Shown piece after piece: positions 12,601 to 24,169 of a stretch of 64,000 bases of DNA. The translations under genes and the position numbers were made by a program. Source of the stretch: Botryllus schlosseri (lineage: Eukaryota). The stretch lies in NCBI GenBank assembly GCA_051294905.1, contig CM119372.1:36828001-36892000 (forward strand), read 5' to 3'. Each line of letters opens with the position of its first letter. The first letter of the stretch is position 1. The notes under the pieces were generated by a model. That model had not been told where the DNA came from. It saw nothing but the letters and a program-made list of their open reading frames with translations, and searched no databases.

Positions 12601-15600
12601 AAAATGGCAACTATAATTGCCTGAAATGACGCAGTCTCATCGCGGTTCCGGCCAAGTGAGAATGAAGCAAAACTCCGAACATCTTGACTTCATCTACTCC
12701 AGCTCCTTCCATCGCCTATAATTCATGGCTGCGATTAGTGCTCAAGGTTTAGCAGGGATAAATAGCGTTACCCTGTTCAAACAACTTTCGCGACAATAAC
12801 CGTTCAGCCGCAAATTCTCGTGCCCCGGTGGAATCCATATCGTGGAGATGGCGTGCTGGATGTTGAAAAGGCCGATCATGTTCCGTGGTCTTTCTCTCAC
12901 ATACGAAATCTGCATTCCTGAGCTGTCACGAAACTCTAACCGAAAAAATAACGATTTCTAGACTAAATTTCGCTTCTAATAAAAGTCTCGCACCTTTGCC
13001 TTCGGGATTGTCATAATGCATTTCTATCATCGCGTATTGAGGGTGACTGTAGCCGCCTATCGGAATTCCGGAATCCACCGGATACGAAGATCCAGACCCA
13101 CCAATTGCCCAACCCCCGATACTTTTACTGCAGCCTGCGGAATAAGGACTGATCTCCTCATAGCACTCATACGAGCGTGCCAGCTGTTCAGGGCTCTAAA
13201 ATTATAAACAGTTGTTTTGACGAGTCATGTTTTAGTTAATCAGTTTGGATGTTTTAGTGAATCAGTTTAACACTTTAGCTGCCAAGGCCTATTATGGAAA
13301 TTACTAGTAAACGCCAGCAAACAATGAATTTTCGACTAGTTGGATATTTGGCTGGAATTGGGCGTGCTGATAAGTGTAAACCTTGTGCATCTGATGAAAT
13401 TTTTTTTTTCCAATATCAAGGAATTATAAAAATATTGTAATTTTAGTTGTTGCTCATTTTTTGAAAAGCCACCTAGTGGTCAAACCAAAACATTGTTAAC
13501 CAATAGTATACATATGTGATTTAAAAAAAAATACTTCCGGCAACAAAAATAGTTGTTTATGACAACAAGCCTTTCGAGTAGCCTCGAATACGGCCGTAAT
13601 CAGCGGATAGAACTAATTCCGGACTTTACTGTACGCATTTGAAAAATATCTTAAATATAGGATTGCTGGCAGTCAAAGTGGTAATTCAACTGTCCTTTAT
13701 TTTCATTCCGTTATTCTCCTCGACAACTCTTAATTGTTTTGTTTGATTTAATGATTGGTTGATTGAATTGTTGCATCGTCCGTTTTCGTTTACCTTTATA
13801 TTGCTCTGTTGCTGCTATTTCTTTCTCCATTCAACTGTTATCGGACGAGCAAGCAATCTTGCGAATCTCACCATTTACATGTCTTTATTCTGAACAAGCT
13901 GTTTCCGTATAATTCATTTGGACTGCTTGAATTTGAGATCAGAAGAAGATTTGATACGCAATGGTTTGTCTAGTCCGAGCCAGATTTAGTGTACAGCAGA
14001 CAGGATCCGACACCTGACAAAGCGCCACTCATTCACTTCAGTGCCGCGTCGGAACAACAGTCAAACAATTTGGACAGAATCATGTCGAGGTAAGAAAACT
14101 ACATGATTTCATTACCATCAATATCGTATACTTATGCAACACGCAACAAAAGGCATACTTACAACATCTACGTCGCACAAATGTATTATCATATGGTGTA
14201 CGTTTCGTTCGTTTCCTTTTGTTATATACGGGAAATACTGAAAAGGAATGAAGAATACACTAATATAAGTGTTAAGCTCGAATATACCTTTCAACTACTA
14301 TTCAATTCCAATCGTATTTTAGTGAATAGTTCCTAATCCCTGAATTATTAGCGATGTTAAAAGTATTCACCGTTGATGCTCAAGTAGAAACACAAAAAAC
14401 GTGGTATTCATTTTCAAATACAAGTAAAAATGGGCTTTAAAACACCTTCTGGAACTGATTTCAGTGAGATTTTAAATTAAAGATCGTAAAAGTATTCGAG
14501 TAATAGAGTTTGAGAGAACAGATTTGTTTGAGGGATCACTTACTCCCAACAGGTGTCTCTTACTCATATATTAGAGATATATCTACGAGCGACTATGGTG
14601 ATAAAATGCAGAATGACTAATGATACGTCATATAGGTGCAATTTCCGAAAGAAATTCAGTAGTCGAGGTATAGAGACCACTCCACTCATAAAGCCATTGT
14701 AGGCACCACGCCTCTCTAATATCGGAAATCGAAAGCCAGAAAAGTAATTACTTTTGTTTGTTGACTGTTTGGATACGCATTGCAAGTACAGGCGACGCCT
14801 ACTTAATTACTTCATAAATATAGAAGTATTTTGTTTCTGAGTATATTGGTGCAGAATAATGCGAAGTCGAACTTTCACGATCTATGAAACCTACTCCAGT
14901 GATATATACAGTTTCGTTCGCTTCGGAAATTTTCGCATACTGGCACAAATAGTTTGTCGACTTCGCTGGTACGAGATAATTGGAAGGTCCCACAATGACC
15001 TGAGGCTCGACATTCTTCTTTGCTGTAACATTTGTCAGAAATTATTCGTAAGACATAGGCACAAACATAATTTTTAGTGCAATAAAATTGTTGACACATA
15101 ACTGTACGATATGATTATTAACATTTTTATAGAACGGGGAATTGGAGAATATCGCTGATTATGGTGTTGTGCGCACGGTTTCGGTTTAAATCATTTCAAT
15201 CGGTGTCTTGATGAGCTTTTACCTATTCAATACGAGCATAGCAGCGGAGGATAAACATTGCCGTGATGAGATATCGCATAGATAAACGCGAATGAATAAA
15301 TAAATAAATAGTGACGTGAATAAATGAAAACAATTGGAAACGTACGCAGTTCAGCATGCAATATTACCACGAGCAGCTGATTTCACTGAACAAAATTTGG
15401 TTCAATTCGAATATTTTTTACGTGTCGGTGATCAAACTTTCGAAATCTTGGTTTAACCATGTTCTCAATTGATGACACACCTATTCAGGGCCACACGACT
15501 TCCAGTCTTTGCAAAAAATCCTCACAACCAGTCTGTAAAATAACTGCATAACAGAACCTCTCTTCTGTAACGAAGTCGGGAGATTATGTTTTGCTCACAT

Positions 15601-17969
15601 TTTCGTATTCTCTCGCATCAGTCTAAGTTTTGAGTGGATTTTGAAAACCGTCCTGATCTTGTGAAAATGAACAATATTGAACGATTTCAGAGACCTCACT
15701 ATTCAGCATACTGTGAAGCAACAGTATGCACGAGAGTAAATGACTTAACAGAAGTGTTGGGATGACTCGAGTCTCAACCAGGGTTTATAGACTCCACCGG
15801 GGTCCGAAGAACCAAATTAGGGTGTGCGAAATACATTGTGGATTTAGTCCTATATGCGGTGGTATATTTTCTTGGCCAATTTATTCAACTGTAAAATAGT
15901 CTTTGCGCTACGTGCGATTTTATGTGAATTGGCTTCTCTGATTTTGATATAGGTACCATCGAAAATTGTGTTAGATGGACAGGGGCTACGAGAAAGCTCA
16001 TTGGAAGCACACGGAGTGCGATCGCAAAAATGGTTAAGAAGCAATGCTATTACTATGGCTCAAGAATGATTATATTTAAGTTGTTATTGATATGTTCCTT
16101 TAATAATAATTGAAGGCAAATTCTAACGCTGATTTAATTTGACTTTGGCAACGAATGGCAATAGCCTATATACTTATCACGACTATATCAAAAGCAGGAT
16201 TAGCCTACACTGCTCAAATGCTCTGATATCTGATCAATCTTCAGTAAATTTTAAAATATTATACATAAAATTGTAGCACGTCAAAGTTCCACTAGCTGCA
16301 ATATTATAACCCGACAGTTTTACGATGTCATGATGCAACCTCTCGTATGATGTCTATACCTCGTTAATTAAAAAAACAATTTTATTCAAATATTTGAAAA
16401 TGTGATTTTTTTCCCGTGTCAAGCGTGAATATTATAATAGTAAATTACATTTCCACAATGTTTGTGGAATACCTGTCTGCAAGGTCGCGTCAAGTAAGGC
16501 CTATACTTGCAAATTATACATTGATTATCCCTGTTATTGATAATGCAGCCCGCGGCGTCATCAAAAACTAGGAAATTTGCCCGCGAGCACATTTGAGTTT
16601 GAGACCGCTGCAGTAGCCTATAACGTAATATAAGCGATGTCGGAAACAATGAGTTTCGATATTATGCAGATTTTGATTATATTTTTTTTGCCAACTCTAT
16701 GTAAAGATGTTTTGGCCGGCGGTATTCACTGTACAGTCTACAGACATGACGCAATGAAATTTTGGTGTTAGATGCATGCAATAATATTTATTACTACAAT
16801 TTTAATTGGTCACAAAATGTACGTTGTTTTCTGCAAACAAATAAATAATATTAACTCATTCTTACATGATCTTTTCGAAGCAATGCGATTAATCAACTTC
16901 AAGCTTTTCCCACCTGAGAAGTTATTAGAATTGGCTAAGTAATGAAAAAAACTATTTCGTCTATGAACCGAAATCATATTACCTCTGTTGAAACCGTGGT
17001 AATGACCGAAATGTGGTTTTGCTTCAGACAAGTCACTTTTTCCATACGCCCAAATTACCTTATACGTACCTGACTGAAATAGTCGTGATAATACTAATGT
17101 AGTGTTTTAGGAATGAAAACGTTATGTAGACTGATCTTGTTGTTTGGCTGAATACGTGAAATATTACTCATGAGATATTTCCGACCATCGGCAGATACAA
17201 TGAATATCTCCTAATAATGACGTTTTAAATCGCTCATAAATCTCACCTCTATGTCCATATCCTCTGAATTACACATCAATCTATTACGTCGAATTGTAAC
17301 TCCGGTATGGGTGTCATTTTCCCAACCCGAAATTATCTCGACGTTTTGTTCCTGGTCTACATCCGGCACACCATTTCGATCTGCGTGGCAGTCCTGTTAA
17401 ATCGTGATGCCTATCTGTCATGTCGTAACCTTCATATTTACTGCAAAATGCTGCTTTCCTGTTACTTCCGTCCAGATAAATATGGTTAAAGATCGGTTCT
17501 ATGAAGGTACATAAGCGAATAACTATTGTGAATATTAAATTTAAATATGACGTTGGACACGCATTGAAAAGTGTCTTACATTTAATATAATATTTAATAG
17601 TATTTATCTAATTTATGACATAATATATTGGTGAACGAGGTGTTTAAAACCCTCACGTACCAAAGCATACGCTTCGCCGGACTTCACTCCCATCATAATA
17701 ATATCAGCACCATTCATTGACGTAGTTCTTGAAAAACCAAGTCCGACCCATCCTTTGGTGGGAGCAATGACCTATCATAAATGAAATAGCGTCTCAGAAA
17801 TCCAAACCACTCAAAGGATCACAAGTAATTATCTATACCTGCATCGTGATAGCAGTTTCATCAAAATCCCAGTAGAAATTTACTGGCATCATTTCATCCA
17901 ATAATACATTGTACGAGAATGCTATCTCTCCAGGCTCAAGCGATACCATGGACTCTGGGTTCTCGGAAC
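653..17969 (-). CDS. MOXD1: DBH-like copper type II monooxygenase (MOXD1-like), copy A; spliced, first exon and last exons not located
   Basis: Exons in transcript order: 17839-17969, 17661-17771, 17247-17393, 16983-17073, 16866-16913, 14895-15022, 14163-14237, 12994-13195, 12772-12935, 12621-12715, 1032-1188, 853-949, 653-783. All phases are compatible. DOMON motifs GWVGLGFS, MNGAD and VIWAYG are present, as are Cu ligands VHHM, EMHYDNP, LHSHLAG and EMC, plus WAIGG and YDFNYQE. Exon sizes match copy B. The donor after 653 (GGG|GTCGGT) is inferred from copy B. Confidence 0.92.
2710..2790. repeat. Short hairpin / mini-MITE
   Basis: gctcatgcactttcgg ... ccgaaagtgcatgagc inverted pair about 80 bp across. 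Confidence 0.7.
3047..4100. mobile_element. hAT MITE, 1054 bp
   Basis: TIR cagaggtctcaaac / gagacctctg with a perfect 8-bp TSD ctttaaat. Related copies lie at ~16010-16610 and ~61070-61322. Confidence 0.9.
4786..8529 (-). CDS. LINE ORF2: APE endonuclease - reverse transcriptase - RNase H - C-terminal zinc motif, 1247 aa
   Basis: EN: WNCRG, LQET, GDFNAHH, GSDHF. RT: YRPISLTS, QSGFR, LDIQSAYD, GLPQGSVISP, FADD, KYLG. RNase H: YTDGSK, WIPGHVGIHGNEEAD. C-terminal CCYC...HFLISC. Confidence 0.97.
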   Translation of the reverse strand: MSNQALRFIQWNCRGIYRKLPELKQYINNLPNTPDVILLQETHLIDKYSPKLTGFRVFRKDNSLHSGGLAIFVRESLPATEIQLDTPSCIEVLCISICHLRICNVYMSPTAISEDSAFVFLESLSRRAIIFGDFNAHHLSWGQRNNRRGRLLFDAFDQNGLVVLNSSSPTHLNIASNAINRYSLLDLSIASADVSSKCRTDVTDRLLGSDHFIVITTFKETFSNETNRKNSWNFRRADWAAFERKIDRSLESSGYEDVNFLNKTFSECALDAAHSSIPKSHSSNRKPSVPWWNASCDRAVRRKRAAFLKMKRTFCMNDVTRYKRLRSECRKMILSSKRASWENFCSSLNDSSNYSKVWKVVRSFSGVRSYNIIPPITIGGVVTGSDDRSKADALALHFSSVSSDSNYTSAFRTRKEAVENQISSRITSLSAPNNDIINDPFSMAELKSAISSRGNTSPGLDDIAYPMLKHLSDKSLTYILRLINSSWSNGLLPDTWKHSVVVPILKGEKDPAAAKSYRPISLTSHLCKVMEVMVTRRLRWYLESNSLLNAAQSGFRHGRSTMDNIMQLHDTVYKAVNNRYSVIAVFLDIQSAYDMVWRNGLLFKLTELGIKGQTLNWINNFLSHRSFQVRVGGSLSNVHFLKNGLPQGSVISPLLFAIMMADLPLLVNTSHALFADDLLLWDCGLSIPDLLLSMQRSLDSIQEWCDKWGMLLSKSKTVAMLFTRKRKIPPLALQLDGSNIPFVETFKYLGVVFDKRLSYKAHIEYISSKCSKRLNLLRALTGTSWGASKKSLLCVYRSLVRSIMEYGMPAYFFAPVTHLKKIQVIQSKALRICTNAMRSTPICVIQAECREMPLHLRHKFISMNYRCHLMNQDPRNSFISQIIEDSWHDIYCLTNPSFQTFNTYTKSPLFNGFILDRYRLPSSPPWLLPQPRVDLSLLSENALRGVIEAYNQTCLSHVADNYDAHTLIYTDGSKSLVGGGAAFCIPSLDVSVAQACSAEHSVFSTEMIAIDLALSWITRNRNSSTDYLIMSDCSSALACIRNFNMYPRHKLVYDILFSLSRLRELDVNVSFLWIPGHVGIHGNEEADRLAKNVSTTPSMSEDMPTLSEQEARHIIRRHCMALWDQEYQSSENGLRYKSFNSSVLHPSPGYGNRLYDSIILRLQSGHCRLNGHLFKLGMVDSPACCYCRYPETVDHFLISCPKYDFHRSFLIDKCVQLKVNFCIDDLLTDSRMVPYVVEFVLSCNRYL
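8522..9889 (-). CDS. LINE ORF1 (gag-like, three Cys/His zinc knuckles), 455 aa
   Basis: CYRCNRYGHSKESC, CSKCGSSDHEHASC and CINCEKPHSAAYGGC, preceded by VISGVP and RCYRC motifs typical of I-group ORF1. Confidence 0.95.
   Translation of the reverse strand: MEVSSSGKRKLSCVSTDVVNSDSDSDARASLAKVSAKDYASQPTKQPLSTQEPELSERPQDGAGQQHSSQMRVVVSGEGLSLKRLHPTVVHRALYSLIGEYEGPRPLRSGDLLITCTSPKQVQALLQSDCLTDKVSGSKINVKTSLYPEKSFASRAVISGVPLDIKESELLDNLSGVGVSAVKRLKRKVDKGYDSCSAVLLYFRCEKVPESVNFSYLRFWTRPYNPPPLRCYRCNRYGHSKESCRGKATCSKCGSSDHEHASCTKEKFCINCEKPHSAAYGGCSVYKTEAKLQIIKERTKISYSEAKVVLNSATVATSLPTSHMDRTFSEVLANDSTYFRQPRPRRTKISSILSKHTISAPAPNHGDLRHFSQTKSKENTVSDAASHRPTELEENTPMSSCQTSTPDLSQLLSLLVGIVEYTMEAVKSGQCNALEIVSRACLKHGFSAPAPKVNV
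10587..10956. mobile_element. hAT-Blackjack-like MITE inserted in the transposase
   Basis: TIR tagggttaccata (degenerate on the left), TSD gtgttata/gttttata. Removing it restores GLPYNTGVRW. Family ends also occur near 18405-18632, 31705-31716 and 37839-37851. Confidence 0.8.
16010..16610. repeat. Paralogous copy of the 3' part of the 3047-4100 MITE
   Basis: Colinear similarity to ~3475-4100, ending in the TIR gagaccgctg. Confidence 0.75.
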
Positions 17970-18370
17970 CTGCAAGGAATTTTATACGTACAAAGTAAGA
18001 ATTGCATTAAACTACACTGCATAAAAGATATCAATATTCTGAATTCGAGGAAACAGGGAAAGAGCCTACGACTAAACAGATGCCACAAAGTTTTAGATAT
18101 GATTTTGAAGTAAAAGTGATACGGTGTTGCTGTTTGTTGCATTCATGGTGTTTGTGAACTACTATGGTTATTTACGGTAGGCCAATCTTCGTCACTTTTA
18201 TTCCGTATCTGCCGCTTGTAATACCTCCCACCTCTGGCTTTTCTATGATACCGATTACTCGGATGAGATGGCGAGAAGGTGCCTAGATATACCTCCATCA
18301 CTCGAGTAGGAATATGGAGTGGACCTTGATCGGACGCGCAAGCCATTGGTGTTTCAGCTGTGGTTTATAC

Positions 18371-18837
18371 CAGTGGTTCTCAACCTCAGACTGACTACCA
18401 TAAAATAGGGTTACCATACGTCCTCTTCTAAGAGGATTTGTCCGGCTCTGGCGGGTATTTCGGAGTGAAAAACGGCGATTTGAGCTCTGAGCGAAAAGTT
18501 GACCTTTTATTTAGTCAACCTATCACATAGTTGGAACAATTGACCGATTTTTGAGAATTCTTCTCCGGTTTTGCAAGTCTCAAATTTCTGAAAAAGTGTC
18601 CTCTTTTTAGAATTCCAAAATATGGTAAGCCTACCATAAAATCACCCTGATGCCATCATGAAGATAAATAATTACGATCAAAACCCTCGAAACGTCACTC
18701 CCTAGCACCATATAATTGCAGAAAACGGTTGCATACTGTACATTTTGGCTTCATTTCAACTTTGAAATTTCACCGGTCCGCCAGACATTTTTTGAAATTT
18801 TACCGGTCCGCGAGGTGAAAAAGGTTGAGAACCACTG
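18371..18837. mobile_element. Charlie-like MITE (cagtggttctcaacc TIR) with a nested Blackjack-like MITE
   Basis: cagtggttctcaacc at 18371 and ggttgagaaccactg ending at 18837, with an internal tagggttaccata...tatggtaagccta element. Confidence 0.8.
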
Positions 18838-19757
18838 GGTTAGAGCACTAAATATTTGTATACCGGAGTCAGAGGTAAAACATTTTAGTTTTTGCCGAGC
18901 ATGACGCCGGGATTTAAGATTCTAATTGAAGTAGGTCTTATGACAGAACGTGAAAACAGACACTCGGTCAAGGGAAGGCCAAGGCAAATTTCAAATAAAA
19001 AATGCAAGTTACGCTTAGCGTTAGGGCTATATAGGCTGCACACTGCTCGAAAAGAAGCGACCAAGACAATAAGCTTTGTAGGCCTACTATCCCCTATTCC
19101 TTTCAGTACAGTGGTTCTCGAACCGGGGAGAAGCATTCGAAGGAGGCGCGAAACCGAGATTGAATGAACATTTTTTCGGGCATTGCGCGATTTACGCCCA
19201 GCTCATTGCTGTTCCTCTGTGTATTGTCCGACTTAGATATTTGAGAATACTCTCATTAACAGCCATCACTATCCATGCCATCAAACTATCCGTTGGGATT
19301 GTTAGCATCCTCGTTGCTCTTGATAATAATTTGTGACATCATGAACGTGGATACGGGTTTAAAGAGAGCCGAAAATGTATCATGTTTAACATTGTTTTCA
19401 ATCATGGCGTCGAATAGATTTTGTTTAATTAACCGCAAGTTTCTCTTTACCTAACATCAACACATTCACTGAGCTGCATTTAATAGCAATGTAATTTATA
19501 AATAAAATCAAAATGAGCCGAAGAATAAAGTTAAAAATTTTACCAGGCCCGCCAGCATATTTTAGAGTTCTCATCTCGCCCTCGGCGAAAAATAATTACC
19601 CATTCTTGCCATAGGGCGTTCTCAGCTTATCGAGGTGTCTTACATAGTAAGCCCATCAGTAACCGTGCCAAGCAATAAGTTTTTGCAACCTTCATCTCGC
19701 CAGTGACAATATCATTTTCCAACAAATTATATCTCCGGTGCAATAATATGTGCTAGC

Positions 19758-20082
19758 CAGTGGTTCTCAACCTTTTTTTAGATACACCCCCCTTTTTCAT
19801 AGTGAAAAATTTCGCGCCCCCTTATCGTCATATCACAAAATCCAACTGGGATGTTAACAACCCCTACAGATTGTTTGGTGGTATGGACGGTTATGAATGT
19901 TGATGAGAGAATAAAAATATATGAAATTGGGTATATATAGAGAGAAACGCGTGTGCATTGCAGGTAAATCGCGCCGAGCGCGAAAATTTTTTCAGGTGAC
20001 CGCTTCTTCGCGCCCCTTCAGATGCTTCACGCCCCCCCCCCCCCCCCCCAAGGGAGCGCGCCCCCCAGGTTGAGAACCCCTG
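19758..20082. mobile_element. Charlie-like MITE
   Basis: cagtggttctcaacc / ggttgagaacccctg, with a near-matching TSD tgctag(a)c. Confidence 0.8.
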
Positions 20083-20438
20083 TGCTAGACGGTTATTAAC
20101 AGGGATGTGGAGTCGGCGGAGGAGTCGGAGTTTGGCCAATTTTCGCTTGATTGAGTCGGAGTAGGAGTCGTGAAAACTGAAGTGGCTTGAGTCGGAGACG
20201 GAGTAATGGAAAAAATACTGACTGGAGTCGCAGTTGGTGAAAATGACCCTGACTTCGACACCGACTCCAACTTCTTTATCGTGAAAACAATTGCTTTCAA
20301 AGGTATCTTTAAATTACTAATATATTAACTATAATAGGATTTTTATGTACCATCAATCACTGGTATTAGAAACGATATAGATCGGGGGCGGCCAAGCCGT
20401 GCCCCGCAGGTCAAATGTGGCACCAAAGGGGATCACAG

Positions 20439-20720
20439 CATAGTGTCCTATATGGTGTCGACACAGGCAAATCTCACGCCTCAGTGAAATTGTATCACGT
20501 CACAATTTCCATTTGGCTACAGGCAATTTGACGGTCATTTTTGACCGGCTTGCCGAGCATTAAATTTGGTAAAACAGGCATCATTCGAAAGCTGACTCTG
20601 CACTGATTACGAAAATATAACTTTTATTCCGCTCGTGGCCCTGGAACTCCAACAATTAGCTTCGAATTTTTCATTGTTATGGATATTGGCATTGGGACGC
20701 AACAATGCTGTCTGGCGAAA
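20439..20720. repeat. MITE fragment of the catagtgtcctatatggtg-TIR family
   Basis: Highly similar to 56680-56960. A copy with both TIRs lies at 36100-36758 and another end starts near 63943. Confidence 0.8.
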
Positions 20721-22769
20721 AGAGAGTGTAGCTCAAGGAAAAAAGAGCCAGACAGCAATGTTCAGCAGTAGTAGTGGAAATAGGTGAAATATATCGAAAT
20801 CGCACCACTGTACCATAAACAATTTCGAAATCCGATAAGTCATCGTGCTCTGTCTAGCTATAAACTTGAAATTCATGGCCCTGAAACACATTGGCTGTAA
20901 GATTCCTCTATATTTAGAAAGTTGAACTTAAATCCCCTGCAGCAATACAGTTCTAGCTGTTATGCGTAAAAGGCTACGAATTATAGTTCTCACCATTCAC
21001 AACGCTTGTTGTCGTTTCTTCGCTAGTAGAGGTCACGATTGTTGCTTTAGTCGCAATTGAATCTGCTATATATAAAATCGGTAATATATAGCCAAAACAC
21101 AGTTGACTCCCCTTAATTCGAACACTGGTTTCGTTTAACTTAGTGCAAATTAAGCGGAAATTCAATTATTCAATAATATCAATGAATATCAAAAATATGC
21201 TCAAATGTAGTTGTCGTCTCCAAGTAGAGACTTATGAAGAATGTGATTGGAGTGGGCTGACTCTGAATCTCCTCTCTCAACTGGCACGAAACAAGAACTC
21301 CAAATGGACGAATATCTTATTAAAATACCGTTGAAAAATTGCTGGTAATATCCTGGTAAGACCAAATACTCCAGTAAATAAAACAATAAATGAACAGACC
21401 AACAACAACGAAACAAAGCTGGCTACTCTCACCACGTCGCTCACGTAAATGAACACACGTGCGCTCCAAAGTAGTTTAAGTGGCGAGTGAGCCATAAAGA
21501 AAATAATATCCACCGTGACAGTAGTTGAAATCAGCCTATACTCCGTTGAGCGCTACTTCTGAGTTTGAATTTGGTGAGCTTTTTTGAATACGAGATAGGT
21601 TTCATCTTCAAAAATCGTCTTCTCAGAATTCCTACAGATTCCGTCAGAATTCATACAGACTCCGTCAATTTCTCGCACCCCCACGGAGCCGCGCCCCCAG
21701 GCTGAGAACCCCTGCTTTAAATAGATAGGGGACTGTAGCTTATTTCGTATCTTCGCCGGAAGAGCTTAAGTCGCCTTAAGATTTGGCAGTAGAATTGTTA
21801 CCAGGCGCAAGAGGCTACACTTGGGCAGAACACTTATCTTCCTCCCACCTCTTTACCTTCGCTGTCGCCTCCACGCCACAGCGTATTTTGTAATTGTTGT
21901 CATACATCTTGCCTGTATACTCGGAACTGCTTATGACAGTGGTTCTCAACCTTTTCGTCTTCGCGGACCCATTTTCGACGAACGCGGAACCCCGCGGGCC
22001 CCCCACAAAAATTTTGATCAAATTTAGCTCAATTATCGTGCAATCATCATTTATCTTGTGCAAGTAATAACAACAGGCTCAGTGATAAACGGCGAAAATG
22101 ACTTTTCTTGAAAATGAAATCATACTATTCATATGTACATTGGGTTGCATTCCATTATTTAAAAGCGAATTCTGCAACTGCATTTCTTGAAATACATGGT
22201 CGTATCTTGAAAATCCGCGCCTTCGATTTGATATGAACGAGTGCCCAGAATCCATTCCCACAATTATTGGTGGTGGTGGCGAATGTAATGATAACGCGTA
22301 ACGCTTCCGGAGACACATTTGGGTATGATCACAACAAATATGGCACCAGAATTGACGAACAATTTTTTTCAATAAGCATGTAACGTTTATAGCCTGCTCA
22401 TTACTATCTAGCAGCAGTTATTATGGGAAAATGGTATGTATACCACGGGAAAATGGATTTATGTAAACATTTCGAAGTCAACGTGACTTTTTTCTCCAAT
22501 CCTCAACAAAACATCTCTAAACTGCAAAATGTTTGTATCAGTAGTCTAATGGCGATTCAGCAATTAGAATGAGTCTACACAGTAGGATATTTCATCTCAG
22601 ACGGCCATTCTGCTGACGTGAGCTCTGGAGTTTTATTAGTAATGAAGAGAAACCACCTCGTGATTTTCCGAATTGAGAATATCTATTCGGCTATCAACTA
22701 TTTTGAGGCTTCGCGGACCCCTGAGGGTCCGCGGACCTCCGGTTGAGAACCACTGGATTACGATCTTCG

Positions 22770-23340
22770 CTTTACATCGAGACCCTCCGCTCAGCAAAGC
22801 CTATATACTACATACACCCTCTACCAGGAGCGACACAAAACTACAAGAATTTCAGTCTTCTGCAACTATAGCTGCATAAGCCTAGAAAACCCTCTAGCCT
22901 CAAGCTACAGACATATAGACAAACACTGTATAATACTAACCTAAGTCACCTTCACCAATGCTACGAAACCGACCTACTCAAAGCTGAAGCAGCTAATACA
23001 CAAAAATGTATAGACCCGCTTACCTAGGACGGCGGCGATCAATTGACGCAATGGTTTCCTAAGAAATAGCGACTGCAGACGTCTTCTCAGCTGCCGTTGA
23101 CTGTGATAAGATATTGCAGCTGAAAAGTGAAATACATTCGTTATACCAGATCCGACCAAACATGTAGGGGAGATGTGGTACCGATGGATCATAAATTGCA
23201 AAATGATATCTGGCCCTCAAATCTTCAGCCGAGAATAGCAGATCTTTTGCAGTCTCAACACTGCGATACAAGCTCTACCTATCGCGGACATTTATATGAA
23301 CATCCGCCTTTTCAAAACATATTTATAAACGTTTAAAATT
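22770..23340 (+). pseudogene. 3' fragment of a Tx1/L1-type LINE ORF2 (decayed)
   Basis: Degenerate RLPRTAA...RNGFLRNSDCRR and IPDPTKHVGEMWYRWII, resembling the zinc-binding C-terminus. Stops and frameshifts are present. Confidence 0.5.
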
Positions 23341-24169
23341 TGTTGCTCGAACGTGTCATCGGTACCTACCCGGTGGGTCCAAAGGCACACAGCCATGGGA
23401 CCTATGAAACATACGCTCAGAAATTAAAATTTGTTAACCTGTTTTGTTGTGGACTATAAGCTAAGCTACAGCAAGCCAATGAAGAATGTTTCGTTGCCAC
23501 TTTCAAGAATAAAATCAATTATATCAACTCAAAATGTTGGCAGAAAATCACGCTTTGATTTACGCCAATACTTACAAAATTAATGTCACATACATATTAC
23601 CCCCAAATCGACATTTTGATATTCAAATACCTCGGTATAGCGATAAAACACCGCAGGTAACTATGATTTACAGCCTATATATATGTAGGCGGGTTTCTGT
23701 TGTTAAGTGATTAGTTGGTCCATCTATTTTGCTTGATTTGGCTATGGTGCCATAGGTCCCCCACCTCGTAAATATTATAATTGAATTGAAAATAGCCCCC
23801 TCGAGGATGATTGACGATGATATTGATTTAAAAAATATGTGCCATTGATTTAAAAAATATGTGCCATTATATACCCTGATACAAGCCCAATACTTCACAT
23901 CAAAAATTATGGCGGACTTGTTAGTCTGAAAGGTGATATAGAAAAATGCAAATGTCGATCCAAATTTACTTTACACCCCCTAAAACGTAAATCATTCGTC
24001 ACAGACCCCATAACTCACGCAGGTCGAAATTTTTTTCATGTGAGGAAAGATTCTGCCAGCATGTAATTGTAGGCAAATTCACGGAGTCTAATCATGGAAT
24101 TATCATGGAGAATTTTTCAAGTATTTTCGGTCCCAGTGATCCATCGGTACCACATCTCCCCTACATTAT

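Noticed and set aside
21277-21513. Hydrophobic ORF as the signal anchor of copy A or the C-terminal anchor of paralog C
   Set aside because: There is no good phase-compatible splice site, an in-frame stop lies upstream, and no family was recognised.
22250-22340. QMCL...ALSLHSPPPP resembling EMCLAFILHYP
   Set aside because: It needs a 4-residue insertion, lacks the GGL start and acceptor, and has no supporting neighbouring exons.
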